Origin: Malacoraja senta
Lineage: Eukaryota
DNA: 64,000 bases
Assembly: GCA_038087875.1 (NCBI GenBank)
Contig: CM075987.1
Location: 24,058,001 to 24,122,000 of the forward strand
Reading direction: 5' to 3'
Position 1 is the first letter of the stretch. The number at the start of each line of letters is the position of its first letter. The notes under the pieces were generated by a model, which searched no databases, was not told the DNA's origin, and saw only the letters and a program-made list of their open reading frames with translations. The translations under genes were made by a program, and so were the position numbers. This document shows positions 26,773 to 39,817 of this stretch, in pieces.

Positions 26773-27562
26773 AACTCTAACTCAAACCTTTCATGCTGCA
26801 GATTCAAGATCACATCAAATGGAGGTGTAGAAATATTTCCTCAAGTTCTGTATTACGTAACGTACAGAACTCTCCATGTTAAGGAATCATAATAGTACTC
26901 GTCAAATTAAAAAAATATTTTAAAACATCTTCCCACTCACATTCTCATTTCACAAAAAGTCTTAATTATTTATGTGATTGAAATACGATTTTTATCCATG
27001 AAGTGTATTTAAACATGTTGGATGTAGAAAAAAAAGGGGTCATTAAGTTGAAATATTAACTCTGTCTTACTCCGCTGATGCTGCTGGAACTGTTGACTTA
27101 TCCCAAACATTTTCTGTTTTCCTTTGAGATTCCAGAAAATGCAGTATTTCGGTTGAAAGCGATCAAATTCCTGCCTGCAGGTACAAATTTGAAAAGAAAA
27201 ATTCAAATCCGATCTTCATGCAAGAATGTTACAGCAAGTTTCTGAGAAATGGCTAATAGTTCATGAACATCTTTATTGGGAACATCATAGTTCAGCATTG
27301 TTCATTGCACCCAGAGGACTGTTATACCGTTTCCAAAAGCAAGTGTACATTGGGTCAAGGGAACGCAATGAGTTGAAAGGGCTTTTTTTTCTCATAAACA
27401 CTCTTTACCTCAGCTACAAAGAAAAATAAATTGCTGATTAAAGAATATGAAGTGCTTCAGAAATCTTTGTGATCAATGCAAAACGTCATTGCGTTTATTC
27501 TTTTAGAAGTAGAATGAGAAGTACTTTCGATGTATTCTTTAAAATTATTTCGTGCGGCCTTA

Positions 27563-27756
27563 ACGGCGTGTCCCACTTGACCGTCATTTGCGCGTCACGC
27601 AGATGGCGCGCAAAGATTTTGTACATCACAAAATCCTGCTACGCCGCGTGCGGCCGCTCGTCACTGCCTATGTCATCACGCACCACGTGCGCGTCGCGAC
27701 GCGTAAATGATGTCGCGTAAATTACGCGCAAATGACGGCCAAGTGGGACAGGCCCT
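27563..27756. mobile_element. Harbinger-like MITE (CpG-rich short family) in a V-SINE head (SINE runs to about 28021)
   Basis: About 33-bp imperfect TIR; TTA at 27560-27562 and 27757-27759. Confidence 0.85.
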
Positions 27757-28141
27757 TTAAGCACCAGAGATCCGGGTTTGATCCAGACCATCGGTGTTGT
27801 GGGCGTGGAGTTTGCACGTTCTCCCTGTGACCGCGTGGGTTTCCTCCCATGTTCCAAAGGCATGCAGGTTTGTAGGTTTATTGGCTTCTGTAAATTACCC
27901 CTAGTGTGTAGGATATAGAACTCGTGTGAATGGGTGATCGATGGTCGGCGTGGACTCAATGGGCCAGAGGGTCTGTTTCCATGCTGTATCTCCAAACCAT
28001 CCTAAACTAAACTAAACTAAACCAGAATTGAACAACAAAGTTAAACAACAAAGATTTGGACTGACTTTTAACCTTCTTCCCAGCTGTTATCAGGCAACTG
28101 AACCACTCTATCAACAACTAGAGAGTGGTACTGAGCTACTA

Positions 28142-28680
28142 GGACAAAGGACAAAGGACAAAGGACATTTATTTGTTACGTACACCAATTGGTGTAGTGA
28201 AATTTGTCTTGCCATGCAGCACACAGATAAAGTTAAAGACACAACATTAAAGAATTTAACAATAAAGATAAAAAACATCCCCCCACAATGGTTCCCATTA
28301 TGAGGGAAGGCACAGAGTCCAGTCCCCATCCCCTTGTCCACCCATAGTCGGGCTTATTGAGGCCTCTGCAGTTGCCGCTACGGGGCCCGATGTTTCAGGC
28401 CCTTCTTCGCCGGGTGATGGTGCTCCGGCGTCGGGAGAATCCTCTCAGCGGCTTGGGACACCTGGAGCGGCCGCTTCCCAACTGGAGACCGCTGCCTCTC
28501 CGACCAGGTAGGGACCCTAGAAAACAGTTTCCCCCTTCCCCCCTCCCCCCCCCCTCCCCCACCTCCCCATAAAAAAGGCTAGAACTCCGAAAACAAAAAA
28601 ACTCAACTAACTAAAAATAAAAAAAAGAGAGAAAAAACAGACAGCTGCAGGCTGGGCAGCCATACCCGTACAGGGCAGGA
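28142..28680 (-). mobile_element. Non-coding retroposon with (TTTGTCC)n tail inserted in a Rex/Babar fragment (28070-28885)
   Basis: AATAAA plus microsatellite tail; host sequence gagctactatctacctc is split around it. Confidence 0.6.
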
Positions 28681-29612
28681 CTATCTACCTCATCGAAGAC
28701 CCTCGGACTATCTTTAATCAGACTTTGCTGGACTTTATCTTGCACAGAACATTATTCCCTTTATCATGTATCTGTACACTGTGGACGGCTCGATTGTAAT
28801 GTATAGCCTTTCCGCTGACTGGTTAGCACGTGAGAAAAAGCTTTTCACTGTACCTCGGTACATGTGACAATAAACTCAACTGAGCTGAAAGGAATGGCTA
28901 GGATACATTTCGGGGCATTTTTTTTCTCTTTACTCATATATTTCTAAAGATATGTGCATGACTTAATTGTAAAATGGCTTCATGAGCACATTGTGTAAGG
29001 AGATGCAGGATGATGCAGGATTCAACTCTTACGCCTAAATGACAGACAGGTAACTGGTAAGCTAATGAAGGGGAGAGGTAATTTTGCTGACACACATACT
29101 CTTGAGAAACATAAGGTTGAGAAACAAAGGCTTTTCGGAAGTGCATATGCGGGAGTGGATTTCACGCAGTCGCTTCCCTGACATACAGTATTGTGCCGAT
29201 CTTCTCCTGCCTGCTGTGATTCTGTGCTGTGTCTTGACAAATACCCTCAGGGGCTGATGTCTTCTGAGAGCTCCCAACACTGCAGTGCAGCATAGTGCAG
29301 CGTTGGGGGCTGTTTCAGTGCAGACTGCTGCACTCACAGAATGGCTTTGACAGCCGGTGAGGTCCCATGACGACACTGCCCATCTCTCAGGCCCACCAGC
29401 TCATAAACCTCCTACCCTTGTGGAAGAGGTTCATAAGTTCAAACGTTCCAGGAGCAGAATTAAGCCATTCGGCCCATCAAGTCTACCCCGCCATTCAATC
29501 ATGGCTGATCTATCTTTTCCTCTCAACCAATATCTTATGACTATCTTAGCTTCACCTTTCCCAGGAATCAATTTAGTGAACATTCTCCATATTAGTCATA
29601 ATTGATAGGAAC

Positions 29613-30158
29613 TTTGGAAGAAGGCTCCAATACCATCTATAAACATGTGGATTTCAAATATGTTCGAAACATTACACCTAGAAGAGATAAGACTCCTCCT
29701 AGCAGGTAAACCAGATCACTTCCATCTGACGTGGTCTGCATTTATAGAATTATTACAAATATAGGGTGCAAAGGTACCTTAAAAAAATTGAGGTCAGGTA
29801 AGGGGGGATGATAGTTGAAGAGTTGGTATGTCCCATTTGCGTAATGCTCATAAAAAATATTTGTTTCTCTCTTTTTCCTCTTTCTCTTTCTCCTTCTTTT
29901 CTAGGGTCTATTTCTTAACTCTTTTTCTTTTGTTTTTAATTTTGTTCTTATAGGGTCTTCGTCCTTTTTTGTTGTCACATTTTCTACACTCTCACTTTTT
30001 CCTTCACTTTCTTCTTTCTTTCAATCTTATCCTTTCCTTTTACTAGTGTAAAAAACAAATGGAGTACATTAATTGTAAGAAGACATAAGTGACGAGTACT
30101 AATGTATGTGGTTGTAATGTAATGTACTTCTAATAAATAAAAAATAAAAAAATAAAAA
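29613..30158 (+). mobile_element. L1-clade LINE 3' fragment with 15-bp TSD
   Basis: WKKAPIPSINMWISNMFETLHLEEIRLLLAGKPDHFHLTWSAFIELLQI* (stop at 29764), pyrimidine-rich UTR, A-rich tail; ATAATTGATAGGAAC at 29598-29612 and 30159-30173. Confidence 0.85.
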
Positions 30159-30691
30159 ATAATTGATAGGAACAGAATTAGGCCATTCGACCCATCAAGT
30201 CCACTCCGCCATTCAATCATGGCTGATCTATCTATCTCTCCTAACCCCATTCTCCTGCCTTCTCCCCGTAACCCCTGACACCCGTACTAATCAAGGATCT
30301 ATCAACCGCCATTATCCATTAACGACCTCCACAGCCTTCTATGGGAATGGATTCCATAGATTCACCACCCTCTGACTGAAAAACGTTTGTGTTTTCAAAA
30401 AGTCTCTTGGGACTAAAATAATAATGCTAACTGATTAAATACTTTAAAAAAAAGATTATAAGACACGCAAAAGATTGAAAAGTATGTGAAGTGACTTAAT
30501 AAAATCAAAGTGAAAGCTCTGCTCATCATTCTCCAGATTGCAGCCAATTTTACCCATTCATTTTAATGGGCCCACTACTTGCGCCAAGTCCAACTTGGCA
30601 CCGATTCAGTCGGCTTATTTACCAACCTGAAAGCGAGAAAAAGATGGAGCTCTCTTGTCAGAGTCGATGTGGAGTCCATTCATGAAATGCA

Positions 30692-30990
30692 GGGCGGCAC
30701 AGCGGCTTAGAGTGGCTGCCTTTCAGGGTCAGAGATCCTGACTACGGGTGCCGTCAGTACGGAGTTTGTATATTCTCCCTGTGACTGCGTGGGTTTTCTT
30801 TGGGTTGTCTGGTTTTCTCCCACACTCCAAAGACGTACACATTTGTAGGTTAATTAGCTTCGGTAAGAATGTTCCGGAGTGTGTAGGATAGTGTTTAGTG
30901 GAGGGGTGTGATCGCTGGTTGGCGTGGACACGGTGGGGCGAAGGGCTGGTTTCCGCACTGTGACTCTAAAGTCTAAAGTCAAGTCTAAAG
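30692..30990 (+). mobile_element. V-SINE
   Basis: Head, V-domain and tail. Confidence 0.8.
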
Positions 30991-32629
30991 GTGATATGAA
31001 ATGAGTGGTACTCAGCTGACCAGAAGGCTGTGCTGTAGCCTGTGGAATAATAGCCCAGTGGTTCTGGCAAAGTTGGGCTGATCTTGACAAAAGATTTGAC
31101 TCATTACTCCCATGTTCTCCAACTAATTAGAGCAGGCATGGAGTCAATGCATGACTCAATTTCAGCTCAAGTATTTGAAGGCAAATATGATAATTGCAAT
31201 TCATGAGTTCATAAATGATAGGAGCAGAATTAGGCCATTCGGCCCATCGAATTTACTCCGCCATTCAATCCTCGTTGATCTATCTTTACCGGTCAACCCC
31301 ATTCTCCTGCCTTCTCCCCATAACCCCTGACACCTGTACTAATGAAGAATCTATCTCTCTCTGCCTTAAAAATATCCATTGACTTGGCCTCCACAGCAAA
31401 TGAATTCCACAGATTCACCACCCTCTCACTAAAGACGGGTGGGCAAACTCATCAGATTGCTAATGGCACTGAATGAAATACGGACGACTGGGGAGGGTGC
31501 AGTTATATCGCACTCGGTGTGCTGACAGAAGGGCAATGTTTGCAGCTAATGCCAAGAATGCAAGGCTGGAATTGATTGCAGAAGTCAGTCAAGGAAAGGT
31601 GATTCTGGATTCACAAAATCTAATCTCAACGCACGGGGAGAGGTGAGCATATTAGTACAATTACTTAAGATAGACACAAAGTGCTGGAGTAACTCAGCAG
31701 GACGGGCAACATCTCTGGAGAGAAGGAATGGGTGACGATTTGGTCCCTTCTTCACAGTATAATTACCTACATCTTGATTCAGCGATTACATTGACCGCTT
31801 CAACCTGTCCTCAAGCTAGTCTTTCCACCTGCAGACTTCCTCCCATCCCTAACAATCAACCCTGTCATGATAAAATTCCATGTCTCTGTCATAGAGCATG
31901 GAAACAGGCCCTTTGGCCCAAACTAGCCATTCCGACCAAGATGCCCCATCTACTCCAGCTCCACCTCATAAGGTCATAAGTGACAGGAGTAGAATAAGTG
32001 ATCTATCTCTCCCTTCTAACCCTATTCTCCTGCCTTCTCCACATAACCTCTGACATCCGTACTAATCCAGAATCAATCTATCTCTGCCTTAAGTATTCCA
32101 CAATTCCAGAATTCCAGAAATTCACCCAGAACATTTCACGATTTATGCCTCGTTGGATTTCCCCCCCCCACCTTATATTTTGCCCATCTTCACCACACCA
32201 GCAGTTGGTTTAATGGGCTGAAAATTAATGTTAGAATTTCACCTACCTGCATTTGGCCCATATCCATCTAAACCGTTCCTATCCATGTACCCGTCTAAAT
32301 GTCTTTTAAATGTTGTTGTAGTACCTGCCTCAACTACCTCCTCTGGTAGCTCGTTCCATACACCCACCGCACTGTGTGAAAAAGTTGCCCCTTATGTTCT
32401 TAGTAACTATTTCCACTCTTACCATGAACCTATGTCCGACAGTTTCCCATCCAATCATTCAACGCATTGCCCTCAATTACAGCTGTCTTCCTTCCTTTCT
32501 TCCCGACAAGCAAGCAGAAGACAGGAGAAGCGAAGGAGCAGAGTGTTTACCAACTCACCGACCGCTGTTTGTGGATTTAATCCCCTCCTGCCGTTTGTTA
32601 CAAAAACCCTTGGTCACTGAAGTTTCTGC

Positions 32630-32910
32630 TGCACGGTGGCACAGCGGTAGAATTGCTGCCCTTACAGTACCAGAGACCCGGGTGCTTGTCTGTACGGGGT
32701 TTGTACGTTCTCCCCGTGACCTGCCTGGGTTTTCTCCGAAATCATCGGTTTCCTCCCACACTCCAAAGACGTACAGGTTTGTCGGTGAACTGGCTCGGTA
32801 TGAATGTAAAATTGTCCCTAGTGTGTGTCGGATAGTGTTAATGTGCGGGGATCGCTGGTACTCGATGGGCCGAAGGGCCTGTTTCCTGGCTGTATCTTTG
32901 AATAAACCAA
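32630..32910 (+). mobile_element. V-SINE
   Basis: Head, V-domain and tail. Confidence 0.8.
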
Positions 32911-33420
32911 AATGAAACAAAAATATCCCCCCTGCCCCATCCAGCCGTGATACTGCTGTAATGCCAGTGCAAGCTCCATAAAGACAGAATTTCTTCACCC
33001 CTCTTCTTGCTACTTGACTTTCTTTACAATAAATGTGAAGTTGCTTGCCCTTTGTGGGCAGCTGAGGCTTGGTCAATGTAAATCCACAAAGTGATGGAAC
33101 AACCTGACCTAACGGCACTGTTGCAAAGCTAATAACAACTTGTTTTCCCTCTCCCTTTGGTTGATTTATTTGACCGATTCCTTCAGCCTTAAAACATTCC
33201 TTTCAAGTTTATATCCCTTCACTCACAGGATCACGTTGTCCCAGCGTTACGCTGTGCTTGCCCAGTATCCGTGCCGGCAGCCTGATTACAATGATGGTCG
33301 TAAACCTTTTGTAAATATTGGTGCACGTCCAAGGGGGTAATTGCATCCACTTCTGGGCACCACTCCCCGGGAAAGACGTAAGGTTCTCGATAGAGTGAAG
33401 TAGAGATTACCTATTATGAT

Positions 33421-33598
33421 AGACACAGAAAGCCGGAGTAACTCAGCGGGACAGGCAGCATCTTTGAAGAGGAGGAATGGGTGACGTTTCGGGTCGAGAC
33501 CCTTTTTCAGACTCGACCCGATACGTCACCCATTCCTTCTCTCCAGATGCTGCCGGTCCCGCTGAGTAAACCAGCATCTGCAGTCCTTTCCTACACAC
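33421..33598. mobile_element. Fold-back Penelope-derived unit with 14-bp TSD
   Basis: TTACCTATTATGAT at 33407-33420 and 33599-33612. Confidence 0.8.
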
Positions 33599-34037
33599 TT
33601 ACCTATTATGATTCCAGGGACGAGGGACACATAGGACAAGGGGAAAAGATTTATTCGGAATCTGAGGGGTAACTTTTTCACACAAAGGGTGGTGGGCGTG
33701 TGGAAGGAGCTGCTGGAGGAGGTGGTTGAGGCAGGGACTATCACACCTTGTAAGAAACAGTTAGACAGGTACATGGATAGGACAGGCTTGGAGGGAAATG
33801 GGCCAAACGCAGGCAGGTGGGACTAGTGTAGATAGGATATGTTGGCCAGTGTGGGCAAATTGGGCCGATGGGCCTGCTTCCACGCTGTATCACTCTATGA
33901 CCCTAAGTTTTGATTGTTCTCCTTGGAACTGAAGAGTTCGAGAAGCTATCTGGTAAAAATATTTAAAATCGTGAAGGGTTGAGACATTCATTTTGATGGA
34001 AGAGTCAATATGTTGATGACATAAAATGAAGGTGAAT

Positions 34038-34486
34038 GACATAGAAACATAGAACATAGAAAAATAGGTGCAGGAGTAGGCCATTCGGCCCTTCGAGCCA
34101 GCACCACCATTCAATATGATCATGGCTGATCATCCACAATCAGTACCCCGTTCCTGCTTTTCCCCCATATCCTGTAATTCCTTTAGCCCTAAGAGCGAAA
34201 CATAACTCTCTCTTAAAAAGATTCAGTGAATTAGTCTCCACTGCCTTCTGTGGCAGAGAATTCCACAGATTCACAACTCTCTGGGCGAAGAAGTTTTTCC
34301 TCATCTTAGTCCTAAATGGCCCACCCCTCATTCTTAAACTGTGACCCCTGGTTCTGGACTCCCGCAACATCGGGAACATTTTTCCTGCATCTAGCCTGTC
34401 CAATCTTTTTAGAATTTCATATGTTTCTATAGGATTTCCCTCTCATCCTTCTAAATTCCAGTGAATACCAGCCCAGTCGACCCATT
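34038..34486 (-). mobile_element. CR1 3' fragment
   Basis: ESRTRGHSLRM...FFAQRVVNLWNSLPQKAVE; (TTCTATGT)n tail. Confidence 0.9.
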
Positions 34487-35259
34487 CATTCAGTGTCACA
34501 GATGGAGAGTTGCTGCCTTACAGCGCCAGAGACGCAATTACGGGTGCTGTCTGTATGGAGTTTTCCCACATGGGTTTTCTCCGGGTGTTCCGGTTTCCTC
34601 CCACACTCCAAAGACGTACAGGTGTGTAGCGTGATTGGCTTTGGTATAAAATGTAAAATTGTCCCTTGTGTGTGTAGGGTAGTGTTGATGTGCGGGGATC
34701 GCTGGTCGGTGCAGACTCGGTAGGCCGAAGGGACTGTTTCCTCGCTGTATCTCTGAACTAAACTAAATCTCAAGCATTCACTGCAGTATGTTTTTGTTTC
34801 ATGTTTTACTTTAAAGCTTTTTGAAACAAAAAAAAGTGTGTGTACTATGTTTACATCCGGGACGTATGACAATAAAACACTCTTGACTCTTGAGGAACAG
34901 TTTCTTCCCAACAAACATCAGGATATTGAACACTGCAAGCACCAACTAATCTCCGAACTACAAACTGTCTTGGTTGCACTCGGGACTTTAGGCTTTCGTT
35001 TTGTTTTTGCACTGATACTGAGGTTTTTTATTTATTGAACTTTTTTTATGACTGTTTATTATGCTATCTACTGAGCACCGTGCGTGCAGGACCCGGCGGG
35101 GGAAGACGCCATGAGGGGCGGGGAGGGGGGAGAACAAAGGCGAACCTGGTGCGGGATACTTTGTATCTTTGTCAGTGCCCTTTATGTGGCTTCTCTTTGC
35201 ATACCTTGGGTAAGCACGCAAAGAATTTTACTGTGACTTATCACATGTCACAATAATGT

Positions 35260-35322
35260 ATTCATTCATTCATTCATTCATACATTCATTCATTCATTCA
35301 TTCATACATTCATTCATTCATT
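35260..35322 (+). repeat. (CATT)n microsatellite forming the tail of a GC-rich retroposon fragment (about 35075-35322)
   Basis: Tandem CATT after ..cacatgtcacaataatgta. Confidence 0.8.
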
Positions 35323-35397
35323 GTCATGCTGCTGCAGGTAAGAATTTCATTGTTCCATTTCGGTACATATGACAATGAAATACTCTTGATTCTTGAC

Positions 35398-35666
35398 CAG
35401 GGGTGGGGAACCTGTGGCCTTAAGTGCGGCTTTTTGAATGAATCCAAATTTTGTAGAACAAATCCTTTAATTTTTATTAATATGTTTTTGTTTGTCTTTT
35501 ATTATTTTTATTTTAATCTTAAAATAAAAGTATTTAAAATACCAAAGAGTTAAAGAAGATTCAACGAAATAATCCTATATTTAATTGAAGTTTCTTGGAA
35601 TGCGGCCTTATTAGATTACAGCTAACTTAATGCGGCCTTCCAACATGAAATGGTTCCCCACCCCTG
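35398..35666. mobile_element. hAT (Charlie-like) MITE
   Basis: TIR CAGGGGTGGGGAACC/GGTTCCCCACCCCTG; 8-bp TSD TTCTTGAC at 35390-35397 and 35667-35674. Confidence 0.9.
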
Positions 35667-36033
35667 TTCTTGACTCTTGAAAGTGATATTACTGCAGCTT
35701 TGAGAGATTCTGCTGCTGAGGCTGAAATCAAGTTGACACACCAGCTTCTTTCATACCGCCTCAAGTCCTTCTTATCTTCAATTATTGCGTGATTATGAAA
35801 AGGCTGGAGAGAGCCTGGTGTTAGGCCTTTGTCTGTTTAATTGTTGTTGGGTTCATGCACAGTGAAGCTGGGCTGTTTTCTATGCCAGCAACACGTTTGC
35901 AATGCGGTTTTTGACATGTGGCGTCCATGTAAATGTGTTGTAGAACTAACATGAACTTCTAATTGCCAACCGTGAGTTGATAATTGCATAATTGTGCAGG
36001 TTCTGAGGGCTTCACGTTGCAACTACTGAAATT

Positions 36034-36353
36034 ATTTAGTTTAGATTAGTTTCGTTTAGAGATACAGCGCGGAAACAGGCCCTTCGGCCCATTGAGTCCG
36101 CGCCGACCAGCGATCCCCGCACATGAACACTATCCTACACACAGCAGGGACAATTAAATTTTTTTTATACCAAGCCAATTAACATTAAAAAACCTGCATG
36201 TCTTTAGAGTGTGGGAGGAAACCGAAGATCTCGGAAAAAATCCACGCAGGTCACGGGGAGAACGTACAAACTCCGTGCAGACAGCACCTGTAGTCGGGAT
36301 CGAACCCGGGCCTCTGGCGCTGTAAGGCAGCAACTCTACCGCTGCGCCTCCGT
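36034..36353 (-). mobile_element. HE1-like V-SINE
   Basis: Near-consensus copy. Confidence 0.9.
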
Positions 36354-37124
36354 GTGATGTGTTGGGCTAGATGTTTGCCTTTGGTCACGAATGGTGAGTA
36401 AGTGTGAGCATTTTGTAAGCCTCTTGCACACACCTCCTGACATTTGCCTACGCCGATATCAATTTTTACTCTACTGCTTATCCCAGAAGAATCTGTACTG
36501 GATTTTGTCATGCTCTCATGCAGCGGTAATGTTTTGAATCAGATAATAATATACCCAAAGGCTTTAAAGTGACACCCAGATGGAAATGCGTATTTCCACA
36601 TATTTTGCTTAAAATCTCAACATCTATCCAGCCTGCTGTTAACAGTTATAGCTACACATGAGTATATGTATGGCCATAGAGATGTAGAGCATTTAATAGT
36701 CCTCTTGGTCAAACAAGTCTGGGCTGACCATCAAATGCCCATTTCTACACAAATTCCATCCTGACTATTTTCTTTCTTTTATTCTCTCCACATTCCCATC
36801 AACACCACATCCACACCTCCCCCCTTCTCCCCCCCCTCCAACCCCCGCTGCCCCCCCCCCGCCCCTCCCAGATTCCACCACTCACCTATACGCTGGGACA
36901 ATATACAGTGGGCAATTTAACTGAAGATAGACACAAAAACAGGAGTAACTCAGCGGGCCAGGCAGCATCTCTGGAGAGAAGGAATGGGTGACGTTTCGGG
37001 TCGAGACCCTTCTTCAGATTTAACCTGCACAGTTTTGGGATGTTTGAGAAACTGGAGAGGACCCATACGTTGACAGGGAGAATTAATAAATGTCATGGAG
37101 ACAAGGCGGGTGGAAGTTTTTTTG

Positions 37125-37425
37125 GTTTTAGCTTTAGAGATGCAGCGCGGAAACAGGCCCTTCGGCCCAACTAGTCCGTGCCGACCAGCGATCACCCCGT
37201 ACACTAACACTAGTTCCAAACACACTGGGGACAATTTACATTTATACCAAGCCAATTAGCCTACAAACCTGTACATCTTTGGAGTGCGGGAGAAAAACTG
37301 AGTAAACACAGGCAAGTCACGTGGAGAACGTACAAACTCCGTACAGACAGCATCCATAGTCAGGATTGAACCCGGGTCTCTGGCGCTGTAAGGCAGCAAC
37401 TCTATCTCTGCGCCACCGTGCTGCC
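37125..37425 (-). mobile_element. HE1-like V-SINE
   Basis: Near-consensus copy. Confidence 0.85.
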
Positions 37426-38004
37426 CAGTCAGGATAGAACTGAGGTTGTTGGAGCTGTGAGGCAACAGAATTCCTGTCATTGTATATAGTTCAACGTACA
37501 TGTACACAAACACAGTCTATGATCAGAAATTAACTGTGTTACTGATTTCAGTGGAGCAGTTGCCTTATTCAAGGTGAACGTCACATTCATGCCTTTATTA
37601 TGCAACTTCTGGAAGATTCCATCCGGTGTCCATTAATTAAGTGTGCCTGTTCGCTCTTTTCAACTTCATGCAGTATATTGCAGATATAAATAAGCAAACT
37701 TTCCGATCAGGTCTGACACACAGCGCTGCCCTATCAACAATGAGTCACTTTCCCAGCACCAGGCAGATGAGTCAATGAACGGGGAACAAGAACACTGTCC
37801 TTGACATCATCTCTGACAATTACCATCTGAATGATGAATCCAAGTCATACATGCTGCACAAACTAAAACTTTCTGTGTTGTAAATCAAGGTTTGCTATCA
37901 GTTCCACCTTCAGCCTGACGAAGAGAGATCCACACACATCCAAACGATTCATCATTGAGCTTATGGCCAGCATGCTTCATCAAACCTGTTGTTTCTTCTC
38001 GTGT

Positions 38005-38307
38005 TTCGGTTTAGTTTAGTTTAGAGATACAGCACGGAAACAGGCTCTTTGGCCCACTGAGTCCACACCAACCAGCGATCCCCGCGCTCGGGCGCTATCC
38101 TACACACACTAGGGATAATGTACAATTATGTCAAGCCAATTCACCTACATACTTTACACTGTCTTTGGAGTCTGGGAGGAAACTGGAGATCCCACGCAGG
38201 TCACGGGGAGAACGTACAAACTCCGTACAGGCAGCACCCGTAGTCAGGATCAAACCCGGGTCCCTGGCGCTGTGAGGCAGCAACTCTACCGCTGCGCCAC
38301 CGTGCCC
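38005..38307 (-). mobile_element. HE1-like V-SINE
   Basis: Near-consensus copy. Confidence 0.85.
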
Positions 38308-38810
38308 TCCAAAGAAAGTTCTATCCTTCCTAATATCTGTTGGATTTAAACCAGTTTTGAAATTGGGCCCACTGAGTCCGCGACTGAGACCACCAGCGAT
38401 CCCCGCACACCAATACTAGTGTCAAACACACCAGGGACAATTTACATTTATACCATGCCTATTCGCCTACAAACCTGTACGTCTTTGGAGTGTTGGGAGA
38501 AAACCAGAACAAGTCTTCCAAGGTGGAAATGTTCTATCCTCCCTAATTTCTGTCGAATTTAAAACAGTTTTGAATCATAAAACAGATTGAAACTGAGCGT
38601 GATCGTAAATGATCTCGGAGATCGAAGGAACAGAAAGTACTGTACCATCCACAGGAAACTTTGTACACCCACTACCCCTTGCCCGGACCTCAGTGTGAGA
38701 GGGATACTTCCTGTGGAAGGACATAGATTATTCCAAACGAGTAGATCTGAAGATTAAACCCACTGATGTTGAAGCAAACTGTGAGAACTTTGCGTGATGT
38801 GTTCCAAATG

Positions 38811-38855
38811 TTAATCCTGGGACGCCACGGGTTCAAATAGGGATCGAAAAGGTTC
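38811..38855 (-). CDS. Candidate last coding exon of an unidentified gene (EPFRSLFEPVASQD*)
   Basis: Acceptor gttttgtagttgtttactttcAG|GAA; phase 0 matches the donor at 49037; unique sequence; possible minus-strand AATAAA at 37599-37594. Confidence 0.55.
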   Translation of the reverse strand, partial: EPFRSLFEPVASQD

Positions 38856-39242
38856 CTGAAAGTAAACAACTACAAAACACAATAATGTCAGCAAATAAGT
38901 TTTTATTAAAAAAATTTAACACACCAAATGAATCAGTAATTAACATGTTAGGTTTTATTATGTTTTCATAATACGCAACCCACATCAGAACTATCAAACT
39001 GATAAAGTAAACAAGTTATAAATATAGGGAAAGTTAAATCGAGCTAGATTTGAAATAGAGGTAGATTTGGCGGAGTAAAATTAAAGAGCGTATTTTTTTA
39101 ACTAGTGCAGTGTAAACGCAAGGTGATTGCATTATATTGCACAAGGTTGTGGCTTCGAAGATTCAGACTGCTATTACAGGGCAGAGCTTTTATCAGTAAT
39201 GGTTTGTTCATGCTCACTGCTGGCAAAGAAGGCCACACAGGA

Positions 39243-39817
39243 CAGACACAAAAAGCTGGAGTTACTCAGCGGGTCAGGCAGCATCTCTGGGGAAAAGGAA
39301 TAGGTGACGTTTCGGGTCGAGACCCTTCATCAGGCTGAGAGTCAGAGAGGGGGGACTCTAGAGATATGGGAAGGTCCATAACTAATCAGAGCCAGCATCG
39401 CTCGCTCAGGAAAGGCGGAGCCCACAATGGTCCATTGTTAGCTGTGTGCGAGGTAATGACGAAGGAAAACAGGCGTTGAAATTAGCAAGAGGACTAGGGT
39501 GGGGGCAGAATGGAGAGAGAGGAAATACAAGGGTTGTTTGAAGTTAGAGAAATCAATGTTCATACCGCTGGGTTGTAAGCTGCCCAGGTGAAATATGAGG
39601 TGCAGTTCCTCCAATTTAATTGTGGCCTCACTCAGACACTCTGTTCCTTCCGATATCTCTAGTTTCCCCCTCCCTGACTCTCAGTCTGATGAAGGGTCTC
39701 GACTCGAAACGTCACCTATTCCTTGTCTCCAGAGATGCTGCCTGATCCGCTGAGTTACTCCAGCATTTTGTGTCTATCTTCAGTGTAAACCAGCATTTGC
39801 AGTTCCTTCTTACACAT
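39243..39817. mobile_element. Penelope-like fragment with inverted terminal units and a GIY-YIG remnant
   Basis: CTGATGA hammerhead motifs at 39303-39335 (-) and 39683-39716 (+); KLEELHLIFHLGSLQPSGMNIDF on - at about 39550-39620; TSD ggccacacagga/ggctacaaagga. Confidence 0.85.

Noticed and set aside
27070..27180. Minus-strand exon after the acceptor at about 27175
   Set aside because: Downstream part resembles a decayed Penelope terminal unit; no convincing donor
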